The translations under genes and the position numbers were made by a program. A stretch of DNA of 64,000 nucleotides from Azolla caroliniana (taxonomy: Eukaryota; Plantae; Polypodiophyta). This document shows positions 28,301-43,300 of this stretch, piece by piece (within the stretch, counting starts at the first letter, position 1; each line of letters opens with the position of its first letter). The stretch is from contig JBHGNT010000016.1 in NCBI GenBank assembly GCA_043228905.1, positions 496,001-560,000 on the forward strand. The letters are read 5' to 3'. The notes beneath the pieces were generated by a model, which was given only the letters and a program-made list of their open reading frames with translations, did not search any database and was not told the origin of the DNA.

Positions 28301-31300
28301 ATCACACGAGCCAGGTATGAACATTTTAATTTACCTACTTGCTCTTGTCAACTCCCGACTGAAATTTGCAAGTTTCTTCATGTCTCTCGAGCTGAGTTTT
28401 AAAATCTTGATTTTTTAATTTTATATTATAGCTAGCTTTGCTAGGTTCGATTCGCATGTTTAAACACAGAAATCCGATATCACACGAGCCAGGTATGAAC
28501 ATTTTAATTTACTAACGCTCTCTTCTAAACTCCCTCCTCAAATTTGCTAATTTCTTCATGTCCCTCGACCTGAGTTTCAAAGTCTTGATTTTTTAATTCC
28601 ATATTATAGCTAGCTTGGTTAGCTTCGATTCGCATGTTCGATCCACCCTATGGTAAAACTTCACTTTTTTCTTCATGTCTCTAGCCCACAGTTTTAAAAT
28701 CGTGCTTTTTCAATTCCATATCGTAGCTAGCGTCATTACCTTCGATTCGCATGTTTGATGACAAAAATGCGATATCACACAAGCCCAGTATGAACATTTT
28801 CAATCACTCACGCGCTCGTCTACCGTGTTGCAAAACTGTACTATTTTCTTCATGTCTCTCGCCCTCATTTTTGAAATCGTGCTTTCTCAATTCCATATCA
28901 TAGGTAACTTCGTTAGCTTTGATACGCATGTTTGAACACAAAAATCGGATATAACACGACCCAGGTATGAACCTTTTCATATACTCACGCGTTCTTGTCT
29001 ACCCTGTGGCAAAACCTTACTTTTTATTTCATGTCTCTCACCTTGAGTTTCAATATCTTGCTTTCTCAATTCCATATTATAGCTAGCTTGGTTAGCTTCG
29101 ATTCGCATGTTTGAACATAAACATCCGATACCACACGACCCAGGTATGAACTTTTTCATATACTCACGTGCGCTTGTCTACCATGTGGCAAACCTTTACT
29201 TTTTTCTTCATGTCTCTCGTCCTGAGTTTCAATATCATGGTTTCTCAAGTCCAAATCATAGCTAGCTTCGTTAGCTTCGATTCTAATGTTTGAACACAAA
29301 AATCCGATATCAGAGAAGACAGGAATGAACATTTTGATTTACTCACGCGCTCTTGTCTACACCCTCCTCAACTTTGCTTCTCTTCATCTCTTAGCCTTGA
29401 GTTTGAAAACATGATTTTTCAATCTCATATTATAGCTAGCTTTGTTAGCTTCGATTCGCATGTTTAAAAACAAAAAACTATTCTCACTCGAGCTAGGTAC
29501 GCCCATTTTTATATAATCACGCGCTCTTGTCTACGGCCTTCTCAACCTTGCTTTGTTTATCATGTCTCTCTTCGTGACTTTCAAAATCATGATTTTTTAA
29601 TTCAATATCAGAGCTAGCTTTGTTAGCTTTGATTCGCATGTTTGAAGACAAAAATCTGATATCACACGAGGCCGCTATGAACATTTTCAATTACTCACGC
29701 GCTCTTGTCTACCGTGGTGCAAAACCGTAATATTTTCTTAATGTCTCTCGCCCTGAGTTTTCAAATCTTGCTTTTTCAATTCTATATCATAGCTAGCTTC
29801 ATTAGATTTGATACGCATGTTTGAACACGAAAATCCAATAGCAACTGACCCCGATATGAACCTTTTCATATACTCACGCGTACTTGTCTACCCTGTGGCC
29901 AAACCTTCCCTTTTTCGTCATGTCTCTCGCCTTGAGTTTCAATATCTTGCTCTTTCAATTCCATATCATAGCTCGCTTCGTTAGCTTCGATTCACATGTT
30001 TGAACACAAACATCCGATATCACACGACCCAGGTATGAACCTTTTCATATACTCACACGCACATGTCTAGCCTATGGCAAAACTGTATTTTTTTCTTCAT
30101 ATCTCTCGCCCTGTGTTTCAAAATCTTCCCTTTTCAATTACATATCATAGCTAGCTTCGTTAGATTCGATTCGCATGTTTGAACATAAACATCCAATATC
30201 ACACGACCCAGGTATGAACTTTTTCATATACTCACGCACGCTTATCTACCATGTGGCAAACCTTTACTTTTTTCTTCATGTCTCTCGCCCTGAGTTTTAA
30301 TATCATGGTTTTTCAACTCTATATCATAGCTAGCTTCGTTAGCTTCGATTCGCATGTTTGAACACAAAACTCCGATATCACACAAGCCAGGTATGAACAT
30401 TTTGATTTACTCACGCGCTCTTGTCTACTCCCTCCTCACCTTTGCTTTTCTCTTCATCTCTCTAGTCTTGAGTTTCAAAAGCATGATTTTTCAATCTCAT
30501 ATTATAAATAGCTTCGATTTGCATGTTTAAAAGCAAAAATCCATTTTCACTCGAGCCAGGTATGCCCATTTTTATACACTCACGCACTCTTGTCTACGCC
30601 CTCGTCAACCTTGTTTTCTTCTTCATGTCTCTCGTCCTTAGTTTCAATATCATGAATGTTCAATTCCATATCATAGCTAGCTTCGTTAACTTCGATTTGC
30701 ATGTCTGAACACAAAAATCAAATATCACATGAGCAAGGTTTGACCATTTTCTTTTACGCACGCGCTCTTGTCTTCGACTTCCTCAGCTCTGTTTTTTTCT
30801 TCATGTCCCTCTCCATGAGTTTCAAAATCATGAATGTTCAATTCCATATCATAGCTACCTTCGTTAGCTTCGATTCACATGTTTGAACACAAACATCCGA
30901 TATCACACGACCCAGGTATGAACATTATAATTTACCTACTAGCGCTTGTCAACTCCCTCCTCAAATTTGCTAATTTCTTCATGTCTCTCGACCTGAGTTT
31001 CAAAATCATGATTTTTTAATTCCATATCAGAGCTAGCATTGTTAGCTTCGATTCACATGTTTGAACACAGAAATCCAATATCACAGGCGCAAGGTATGAA
31101 CAGTTTAATTTACCTACTTGATCTTGTCAACTCCCGCCTGAAATTTGCTAATTTCTTCATGTCTCTCGAGCTGAGTTTCGAAATCTTCATTTTTTAATTT
31201 TATATCATAGCTAGCTTTGTTAGCTTCGATTCGCATGTTTGAACACAAAAATCCGATATCACACGAGCCAGGTATGAACATTTTAATTAACTAACGCGCT

Positions 31301-34300
31301 CTTCTCCACTACCTCCTCAAATTTGCTAATTTCTTCATGTCTCTCAAGCGGAGTTTCAAAATATTGATTTTTTAATTCCATATCAGAGCTAGCGTTGTTA
31401 GCTTCGATTCGCATGTTTGAACACAAAAATCCGATATCACAGGAGCCAGGTATGAACATTTTAATTTACCTATTAGCTCTTGTCAATTCCCTCCTCAAAT
31501 TTGCTAATTTCTTCATGTCTCTCGACCTGAGTTTCAGAATCTTGATTACAAAAATTCAATATTAGAGCTAGCGTTGTTAGCTTCGATTCGTATGTTTGAA
31601 CACAGAAATCCGATATCACACGAGCCAGGTATGAACATTTTAATTTACCTACTTGCTCTTGTCAACTCCCGACTGAAATTTGCAAGTTTCTTCATGTCTC
31701 TCGAGCTGAGTTTTAAAATCTTCATTTTTTAATTTTATATTATAGCTAGCTTTGTTAGCTTCGATTCGCATGTTTAAACACAAAAATCCGATATCACACG
31801 AGCCAGGTATGAACATTTTAATTTACTAACGCGCTCTTCTAAACTCCCTCCTCAAATTTGCTAATTTCTTCATGTCCCTCGACCTGAGTTTCAAAGTCTT
31901 GATTTTTTAATTCAATATCAGAGCTAGCATTGTTAGCTTCGATTCGCATGTTTGAACACAAAAATCCGATATCACATGAGCCAAGTATGAGCATTTTAAT
32001 TTACCTATTAGCTCTTGTCAATTCCCTCCTCAAATTTGCTAATTTCTTCATGTCTCTCGACCTGAGTTTCAGAATCTTGATTACGAAAATTCAATATTAG
32101 AGCTAGCGTTGTTAGCTTCGATTCGTATGTTTGAACACAGAAATCCGATATCACACGAGCCAGGTATGAACATTTTAATTTACCTACTTGCTCTTGTCAA
32201 CTCCCGACTGAAATTTGCAAGTTTCTTCATGTCTCTCGAGCTGAGTTTTAAAATCTTGATTTTTTAATTTTATATTATAGCTAGCTTTGCTAGCTTCGAT
32301 TCGCATGTTTAAACACAAAAATCCGATATCATACGAGCCAGGTATGAACATTTTAATTTACTTACAAGCTCTTCTAAACTCCCTCCTCAAATTTGCTAAT
32401 TTCTTCATGTCCCTCGACCTGAGTTTCAAAGTCTTGATTTTTTAATTCCATATTATAGCTAGCTTTGATACGCATGTTTGAACACAAAAATCGGATATAA
32501 CACGACCCAGGTATGAACCTTTTCATATACTCACGCGTTCTTGTCTACCCTGTGGCAAAACCTTACTTTTTATTTCATGTCTCTCACCTTGAGTTTCAAT
32601 ATCTTGCTTTCTCAATTCCATATTATAGCTAGCTTGGTTAGCTTCGATTCGCATGTTTGAACATAAACATCCGATACCACACGACCCAGGTATGAACTTT
32701 TTCATATACTCACGTGCGCTTGTCTACCATGTGGCAAACCTTTACTTTTTTCTTCATGTCTCTCGCCCTGAGTTTCAATATCATGGTTTCTCAACTCCAT
32801 ATCATAGCTAGCTTGGTTAGCTTCGATTCACATGTTTGAACACAAAAATCCGATATCACACAAGCCAGGTATGAACATTTTGATTTACTCACGCGCTCTT
32901 GTCTACACCCTCCTCAACTTTGCTTTTCTCTTGATCTTTCAAACCTTCAGTTTGAAAACATGATTTTTCAATCTCAAATTATAGCTAGCTTTGTTAGCTT
33001 CGATTCGCATGTTGAAAAATAAAAATCCGTTGTCACTCGAGCCAGGTACGCCCATTTTTATATAATCACGCGCTCTTGTCTACGGCCTCCTCAACCTTTC
33101 TTTGTTCTTCATGTCTCTCTTCGTGAGTTTCAAAATCATGATTTTTTAATTCAATATCACAACTAGCTTTGTTAGCTTCGATTTGCATGTCTAAACACAA
33201 AAATCGGATATCACACGAGCCAGGTATGAACATTTTAATTTACCTACTAGCTCTTGTCTACCGTGTTGCAAAACTATACTATTTTCTTCGTGTCTCTCGC
33301 CCTGAGTTTTGAAATCGTGCTTTTTCAACTCCATATCATAGCTAGCTTCGTTAGCTTTGATACGAATGTCTTAACACAAAAATCCGATAGCACACGACTT
33401 AGGTATGAACCTTTCCATATAGTCACGCGTTCTTGTCTACACGTGGCAAAACCTTGCTTTTTTCTTCATGTCTATAACTTTGAGTTTCAAAATCATGATT
33501 TTTCAATTCTATATCATAGCTAGCTTCATTAGCTTCGATTCACATGTTTGAACACAAACATCCGATATCACACGACCCAGGTATGAACCTTTTCATATAC
33601 CCACGCGCTTTTCTAACCTGTGGCAAAACCTTACTTTTTTCTTCATGTCTCTCACCCTGAATTTCAATATCTTGCTTTTTCAATTCCATATCATAGCTAG
33701 CTTCCTTAGGTTCCATTCACATGTTTGAACACAAATATCCGATATCACACGACCCAGGTATAAACCTTTTCATATACCCACGCGTTTGTCTAACCTATGG
33801 CAAAACCTTACTTTTTTCTTCATGTCTCTCACCCTGAATTTCAATCTTGCTTTTTCAATTCCATATCATAGCTAGCTTCGATTCCCATGTTTGAACACAA
33901 GCATCGGATATCACACGACTCAGGTATATACCTTCTCATATACTCACACGCGCTTGTCTACCATGTGGCAAAACTTTACTTTTTTCTTCATGTCTCTCGC
34001 CCTGAGTTTCTATATCATGGTTTTTGAATTCCATATCATAGCTACCTTTGTTAGCTTTGATTCGCATGTTTGAACACAAACATCCGATATCACACAACCC
34101 AGGTCTGAACCTTTTCATATACTCACGCGCGCTTGTCTACCATGTGGCAAACCTTTACATTTTTCTTCATGTCTCTCGCCCCGAGTTTCAATATCATTGT
34201 TTTTCAACTCCATAGCTTAACTAGCTTCGTTATCTTCTATCCGCATGTTTGAACAAAAAAATCCGATATCACACAAGCCAGGTATGAACATTTTGATTTA

Positions 34301-37300
34301 CTCACGCGCTCCTGTCTACACCCTCTCTTCATCTCTCTAGTCCGGAGTTTCAAAAGCATGATTGTCCAATCTCATATTATAGCTAGCTCTTGCATACGCC
34401 CTCCACAACCTTGCTTTGTTCTTCATGTCTCTCGTCCATAGTTTCAAAATCATGATTTCTCAATTCCATATCATAGCTAGCTTCGTTAGCTTCGATTCGC
34501 ATGTTTGAACACAAAAATCCGATATAACGCGAGCTAGGTATGAATATTCTCATTTACTCATGTGCTCTTATCTACACCCTCCTCAACTTTGCTTTTCTCT
34601 TCAACTCTCTAGCCCTGACTTTAGGGTTTAGGGTCTCAATATGTTTCTTTTTCAATTCCATATCATAGCTAGCTTCGTTTGTTTCGATTCGCATGTCTGA
34701 ACTCAAAAATCGAATATCACACGAGCAAGGTATGACCATTTTCTGTTATTCACGCGCTCTTGTCTTCGACTTCCTCGACTCTGCTTTTTTCTTCATGTCT
34801 CTCTCCATGAGTTTCAAAAACATGAATGTTCAATTCCATATCATAGCTAGCTTCGATAGCCTCGATTCGTATGTTTGAATACGAAAATCCGATATCACAC
34901 GAGCCAGGTATGAACATTTTGATTTACTCATGAACTGTTGTCTACCCTATGGAGAAACATTACTTTTTTCTTGATATCTCTTGCCCTGAGTTTTAAAATC
35001 TTGCTTTTTCAATTCCATATCATAGTTAGCTTCGTTAGCTTCGATTCGCATGTTTGAACACAAAAATCCGATATCACACGATCCAGGTATAAACCTTTTC
35101 ATATACTCCCACGTGCTTGTCTACCATGTGCCAAACCTTTACTTTTTTCTTCATGTCTCTGGCCGTGAGTTTCAATATTATGGTTTTTCAACTCCATATC
35201 ATAGCTAGCTTCGTTAGCTTCGATTTGCATGTTTGAACAAAAAAATCCGATATCGCACAAGCCAGGTATGAACATTTTGATTTACTCACGCGCTTCAGTC
35301 TACACCCTCCTTAACTTTGCTTTTCTCTTCATCTCTCTAGCCCTAAGTTTCAAAAGCATGAGTTTTCAATCTCATATTATATCTAGCTTCGTTAGTTTCG
35401 ATTCCAATATTTAAAAACAGATATCTGTTGTCACTCGAGCCAGGTATGCCCATTTTTATATACTCACGCGCTCTTGGCTACACCCTCTTCAACCTTGCTT
35501 TGTTCTTCATGTCTCCCGTCCTTAGTTTCAAAATCATGATTTTTCAATTCCATATCATATTATAGACCGTGTTGTTAGTTTCGATTCAAATGTTTGAATA
35601 CAAAAATCCGAAATCACACGAGGCAGGTATGAACATTTCCATTTACTCACGTGCGCTTATCTACACCTTCCTCAACTTTGCTTTTCTCTTCAATTCTCTA
35701 GCCCTGAGTTTAGGGTTTAGGGTCTCAATATCTTGCTTTTTCAATTCCATATCATAGCTAGCTTCGTTGGCTTGGATTCGCATGTTTAACACAAAAATCG
35801 AATATCACACGAGCAGGGTATGAACATTTTTTGTTACTCACGCGCTCTTGTCTTTGACTTCCTCGACTCTACTTTTTTCTTCATGTCTCTCTCCATGAGT
35901 TTCAAAATCTTGAATGTTCAATTCAATATCATAGCTAGCTTTGTTAGCCTCGATTCGCTTGTTTGGATACAAAAATTCGATGTCACACGAGCTAGGTTTG
36001 AACATTTTTATTTACTCACGCGTTATTGTCTACCCTATGCCAAAACATTAATGTTTTCTTCATGTCTTTCACCCTGAGTTTTAAAATCTTTCTTTTTCAA
36101 TTCCATATCATACCTATCTTGGCTAGCTTCGATTCACATTTTTGAACACAAAAATCCGATATCACACGACCCAGGTATGTACCTCTTCATATACTCACGC
36201 GCGCTTGTCTACCATCTCGCAAAACATTATTTATTTATTTCATGTCTCTCTCCCTGAGTTTCAATATCATGGTTTTTCAACTCCATATTATAATTAGCTT
36301 CGTTAGCTTCAATTCCCATGTTTGAACACAAACATCCGATATCACACGAGCCAGGTATGAACATTTTCATTTACTCACGGCATCTTGTCCACCCTATGGT
36401 AAAACTTCACTTTTTTCTTCATGTCTCTAGCCCACAGTTTTAAAATCGTGCTTTTTCAATTCCATATCGTAGCTAGCGTCATTACCTTCGATTCGCATGT
36501 TTGATGACAAAAATGCGATATCACACAAGCCCAGTATGAACATTTTCAATCACTCACGCGCTCGTCTACCGTGTTGCAAAACTGTACTATTTTCTTCATG
36601 TCTCTCGCCCTCATTTTTGAAATCGTGCTTTCTCAATTCCATATCATAGGTAACTTCGTTAGCTTTGATACGCATGTTTGAACACAAAAATCGGATATAA
36701 CACGACCCAGGTATGAACCTTTTCATATACTCACGCGTTCTTGTCTACCCTGTGGCAAAACCTTACTTTTTATTTCATGTCTCTCACCTTGAGTTTCAAT
36801 ATCTTGCTTTCTCAATTCCATATTATAGCTAGCTTGGTTAGCTTCGATTCGCATGTTTGAACTTTTTCATATACTCACGTGCACTTGTCTACCATGTGGC
36901 AAACCTTTACTTTTTTCTTCATGTCTCTCGTCCTGAGTTTCAATATCATGGTTTCTCAAGTCCAAATCATAGCTAGCTTCGTTAGCTTCGATTCTAATGT
37001 TTGAACACAAAAATCCGATATCAGAGAAGACAGGAATGAACATTTTGATTTACTCACGCGCTCTTGTCTACACCCTCCTCAACTTTGCTTCTCTTCATCT
37101 CTTAGCCTTGAGTTTGAAAACATGATTTTTCAATCTCATATTATAGCTAGCTTTGTTAGCTTCGATTCGCATGTTTAAAAACAAAAAACTATTCTCACTC
37201 GAGCTAGGTACGCCCATTTTTATATAATCACGCGCTCTTGTCTACGGCCTTCTCAACCTTGCTTTGTTTATCATGTCTCTCTTCGTGACTTTCAAAATCA

Positions 37301-40300
37301 TGATTTTTTAATTCAATATCAGAGCTAGCTTTGTTAGCTTTGACTCGCATGTTTGAAGACAAAAATCTGATATCACACGAGGCCGCTATGAACATTTTCA
37401 ATTACTCACGCGCTCTTGTCTACCGTGGTGCAAAACCGTAATATTTTCTTAATGTCTCTCGCCCTGAGTTTTCAAATCTTGCTTTTTCAATTCTTTATCA
37501 TAGCTAGCTTCATTAGATTTGATACGCATGTTTGAACACGAAAATCCAATAGCAACTGACCCCGATATGAACCTTTTCATATACTCACGCGTACTTGTCT
37601 ACCCTGTGGCCAAACCTTCCCTTTTTCGTCATGTCTCTCGCCTTGAGTTTCAATATCTTGCTCTTTCAATTCCATATCATAGCTCGCTTCGTTAGCGTCG
37701 ATTCACATGTTTGAACACAAACATCCGATATCACACGACCCAGGTATGAACCTTTTCATATACTCACACGCACATGTCTAGCCTATGGCAAAACTGTATT
37801 TTTTTCTTCATATCTCTCGCCCTGTGTTTCAAAATCTTCCCTTTTCAATTGCATATCATAGCTAGCTTCGTTAGATTCGATTCGCATGTTTGAACATAAA
37901 CATCCAATATCACACGACCCAGGTATGAACTTTTTCATATACTCACGCACGCTTATCTACCATGTGGCAAACCTTTACTTTTTTCTTCATGTCTCTCGCC
38001 CTGAGTTTTAATATCATGGTTTTTCAACTCTATATCATAGCTAGCTTCGTTAGCTTCGATTCGCATGTTTGAACACAAAACTCCGATATCACACAAGCCA
38101 GGTATGAACATTTTGATTTACTCACGCGCTCTTGTCTACTCCCTCCTCACCTTTGCTTTTCTCTTCATCTCTCTAGTCTTGAGTTTCAAAAGCATGATTT
38201 TTCAATCTCATATTATAAATAGCTTCGATTTGCATGTTTAAAAGCAAAAATCCATTTTCACTCGAGCCAGGTATGCCCATTTTTATATACTCACGCACTC
38301 TTGTCTACGCCCTCGTCAACCTTGTTTTCTTCTTCATGTCTCTCGTCCTTAGTTTCAATATCATGAATGTTCAATTCCATATCATAGCTAGCTTCGTTAA
38401 CTTCGATTTGCATGTCTGAACACAAAAATCAAATATCACATGAGCAAGGTTTGACCATTTTCTTTTACGCACGTGCTCTTGTCTTCGACTTCCTCAGCTC
38501 TGTTTTTTTCTTCATGTCCCTCTCCATGAGTTTCAAAATCATGAATGTTCAATTCCATATCATAGCTACCTTCGTTAGCTTCGATTCACATGTTTGAACA
38601 CAAACATCCGATATCACATGACCCAGGTATGAACATTATAATTTACCTACTAGCGCTTGTCAACTCCCTCCTCAAATTTGCTAATTTCTTCATGTCTCTC
38701 GACCTGAGTTTCAAAATCATGATTTTTTAATTCCATATCAGAGCTAGCGTTGTTAGCTTCGATTCACATGTTTGAACACAGAAATCCGATATCACAGGCG
38801 CAAGGTATGAACAGTTTAATTTACCTACTTGATCTTGTCAACTCCCGCCTGAAATTTGCTAATTTCTTCATGTCTCTCGAGCTGAGTTTCGAAATCATCA
38901 TTTTTTAATTTTATATCATAGCTAGCTTTGTTAGCGTCGATTCGCATGTTTGAACACAAAAATCCGATATCACACGAGCCAGGTATGAACATTTTAATTA
39001 ACTAACGCGCTCTTCTCCACTACCTCCTCAAATTTGCTAATTTCTTCATGTCTCTCAAGCAGAGTTTCAAAATATTGATTTTTTAATTCCATATCAGAGC
39101 TAGCGTTGTTAGCTTCGATTCGCATGTTTCAACACAAAAATCCGATATCACACGAGCCTGGTATGAACATTTTAATTTACTAACGCGCTCTTCTCCACTA
39201 CCTCCTCAAATTTGCTAATTTCTTCATGTCTCTCGAGCTGAGTTTCAAAATCTTGATTTTTTAATTCCATATCAGAGCTAGCGTTGGTAGCTTTGATTCG
39301 CATGTTTGAACACAAAAATCCGATATCACACGACCCAGGTATGAACACTTTAATTTACCTACTAGCTCTTGTCAACTCCCTCCTCAAATTTGCTAATTTC
39401 TTCATGTCTCTCGACCTGAGTTTCAGAATCTTGATTACAAAAATTCAATATTAGAGCTAGCGTTGTTAGCTTTGATTCGCATGTTTGAACACAGAAATCC
39501 GATATCACACGAGCCAGGTATGAACATTTTAATTTACCTACTTGCTCTTGTCAACTCCCGCCTGAAATTTGCTAGTTTCTTCATGTCTCTCGAGCTGAGT
39601 TTTAAAATCTTGATTTTTTAATTTTATATTATAGCTAGCTTTGTTAGCTTCGATTCGCATGTTTAAACACAAAAATCCGATATCACACGAGCCAGGTATG
39701 AACATTTTAATTTACTAACTCGCTCTTCTAAACTCCCTCCTCAAATTTGCTAATTTCTTCATGTCCCTCGACCTGAGTTTCAAAGTCTTGATTTTTTAAT
39801 TCCATATCATAGCTAGCTTTGTTAGCTTCGATTCGCATGTTTGAACTTAAAAATCCGATATCACACGAGCCAGGTATGAAAATTTTAATTTACTAGCGCG
39901 CTCTTCTAAACTCCCTCCTCAAATTAGTTAATTTCTTCATGTCTCTCGAGCTGAGTTTCAAAATCTTGATTTTTTAATTCCATATCAGAGCTAGCGTTGT
40001 TAGCTTCGATTCACATGTTTGAACACTAAAATCCGATATCACACGAGCCAGGTATGAACATTTTAATTTACTAACGCGCTCTTCTCCATTTCCTCCTCAA
40101 ATTTGCTAATTTCTTCATGTCTCTCGAGCTGAGTTTCAAAATCTTGAATTTTTAATTCCATATCAGAGCTAGCATTGTTAGCTTCGATTCGCATGTTTGA
40201 ACACAAAAATCCGATATCACATGAGCCAGGTATGAACATTTTAATTTACCTACTAGCTCTTGTCAATTCCCTCCTCAAATTTGCTAATTTCTTCATGTCT

Positions 40301-43300
40301 CTCGACCTGAGTTTCAGAATCTTGATTACAAAAATTCAATATTAGAGCTAGCGTTGTTAGCTTCGATTCGTATGTTTGAACACAGAAATCCGATATCACA
40401 CGAGCCAGGTATGAACATTTTAATTTACCTACTTGCTCTTGTCAACTCCCGACTGAAATTTGCAAGTTTCTTCATGTCTCTCGAGCTGAGTTTTAAAATC
40501 TTCATTTTTTAATTTTATATTATAGCTAGCTTTGTTAGCTTCGATTCGCATGTTTAAACACAAAAATCCGATATCACACGAGCCAGGTATGAACATTTTA
40601 ATTTACTAACGCGCTCTTCTAAACTCCCTCCTCAAATTTGCTAATTTCTTCATGTCCCTCGACCTGAGTTTCAAAGTCTTGATTTTTTAATTCAATATCA
40701 GAGCTAGCATTGTTAGCTTCGATTCGCATGTTTGAACACAAAAATCCGATATCACACGAGCCAGGTATGAACATTTTAATTTACTAACGCGCTCTTCTCC
40801 ACTTCCTCCTCAAATTTGCTAATTTCTTCATGTCTCTCGACCTGAGTTTCAAAATCTTGAATTTTTTATTCCATATCAGAGCTAGCACTGTTAGCTTCGA
40901 TTCGCATGTTTGAACACAAAAATCCGATATCACACGAGCCAGGTATGAACATTTTAATTTACTAACGCGCTCTTCTCCACTTCCTCCTCAAATTTGCTAA
41001 TTTCTTCATGTCTCTCGAGCTGAGTTTCAAAATCTTGAATTTTTAATTCCATATCAGAGCTAGCATAGTTAGCTTCGATTCGCATGTTTGAACACAAAAA
41101 TCCGATATCACATGAGCCAGGTATGAACATTTTAATTTACCTACTAGCTCTTGTCAATTCCCTCCTCAAATTTGCTAATTTCTTCATGTCCCTCGACTTG
41201 AGTTTCAAAGTCTTGATTTTTTAATTCCATATCAGAGCTAGCATTGTTAGCTTCGATTCGCATGTTTGAACACAAAAATCCGATATCACACGAGCCAGGT
41301 ATGAACATTTTAATTTACTAACGCGCTCTTCTAAACTCCCTCCTCAAATTTGCTAATTTCTTCATGTCTCTTGACCTGAGTTTCAAAATCTTCATTTTTT
41401 AATTCCATATCATAGCTAGCTTTGTTAGCTTCGATTCGCATGTTTGAACACAGAAATCCGATATCACACGAACCAGGTATGAACATTTTAATTTACCTAC
41501 TCACTCATGTCAACTCCCACCTGAAATTTGGTAGTTTCTTCATGTCTCTCGACCTGAGTTTCAAAAGATTGATTTTTTAATTTTATATTATAGCTAGCTT
41601 TGTTAGCTTCGATTCGCATGTTTGAATACAAAAATCCGATATCACACGAGCCAGGTATGAAAATTTTAATTTACTAGCGCGCTCTTCTAAACTCCCTCCT
41701 CAAATTAGTTAATTTCTTCATGTCTCTCGAGCTGAGTTTCAAAATCTTGATTTTTTAATTCCATATCAGAACTAGCGTTGTTAGCTTCGATTCACATGTT
41801 TGAACACTAAAATCCGATATCACACGAGCCAGGTATGAACATTTTAATTTACTAACGCGCTCTTCTCCACTTCCTTCTCAAATTTGCTAATTTCTTCATG
41901 TCTCTCGAGCTGAGTTTCAAAATCTTGAATTTTTAATTCCATATCAGAGCTAGCATTGTTAGCTTCGATTCGCATGTTTAAACACAAAAATCCGATATCA
42001 CCCGAGCCAGGTATGAACATTTTAATTTACCTATTAGCTCTTGTCAATTCCCTCCTCAAATTTGCTAATTTCTTCATGTCTCTCGAGCTGAGTTTCAAAA
42101 TCTTGATTTTTTAATTCCATATTAGAGCTAGCGTTGTTAGCGTCGATTCGCATGTTTGAACACAAAAATTTGATATCACACGAGCCAGGTATGAACATTT
42201 TAATTTACTAAAGCGCTCTTCTCCACTACCACCTGAAATTTTCTATACTCACGCTACCTCCACTACCATGTGGCAAAACTTTATTTTTATTTTCATGTGT
42301 CTCTCCCTGAGTTTCAATATCATAGTTTTTCAACTCCATATCATAACTAGCTTCATTAGCTTCGATTCGCATGCTTGACCTGAAAAATCTGATATCACAC
42401 AAGCCATGTATGAACATTTTCATTTACTCACGCGCTCTTGTCTACGCCCTCCTCCAGTTTGCTTTTCTCTTCATCTCTCTAGCCCTGAGTTAGAAAAGCA
42501 TGATTTTCAAATCTCATATTATCGCTAGCTTCGTTAACTTCAATTCACATATTTAAAAACAAAAATCCGTTGTCACTCAATCCAGTTATGCCCATTTTTA
42601 GTTACTCACGCGCTCTTGTCTACGCCCTCCTCACCCTGCTTTCTCCTTCATGTCTCTCGTCGTAGGTTTCAAAATCATGATTTCTCAATTCCATATCACA
42701 ACTACCTTCGTTAGCTTTGATTCAAATGTTTGAACACAAAAATCCGATATCACACGAGCCAAGTATGAACATTTTCATTTACTCACGTGCTCTTATCTAT
42801 ACCCTCCTCAACTTTGCTTTTCTCTTCATCTCTCGATCCCTGAGTTTCAAAAGCATGAAATTTTCATCTCATATAATCGTTAGCTTCGTTAGTTTCGATT
42901 TGCATGTTCAAAAACAAAAATCCGTTCTCGCTCGAGCCGAGTATGCCAATTTTTGTATACTCACGTGCTCTTGTCTACGCCATCCTCAACCTTGGTTTGT
43001 TCTTCATGTCTCTCGTCCTTAGTTTCAAAATCATGATTTCTCAATTCCATATCATATTATAGAGTGTGTCATTAGCTTCGATTCGCATGTTTGAACACAA
43101 AATCCCGAAATCACACGAGGTAGGTATGAACATTTCGATTTACTCACGTGCTCTTATCTACACACTCCTCAACTTTGCTTTTCTCTTCAACTCTCTAGCC
43201 CTGAGTTTACGGTTTAGGGTCTCAGTATCTTCCTTTTCAATTCCATATCATAGCTAGCTTCGTTATCTTCGATTCGCATGTCTATACACAAAAATCGAAT

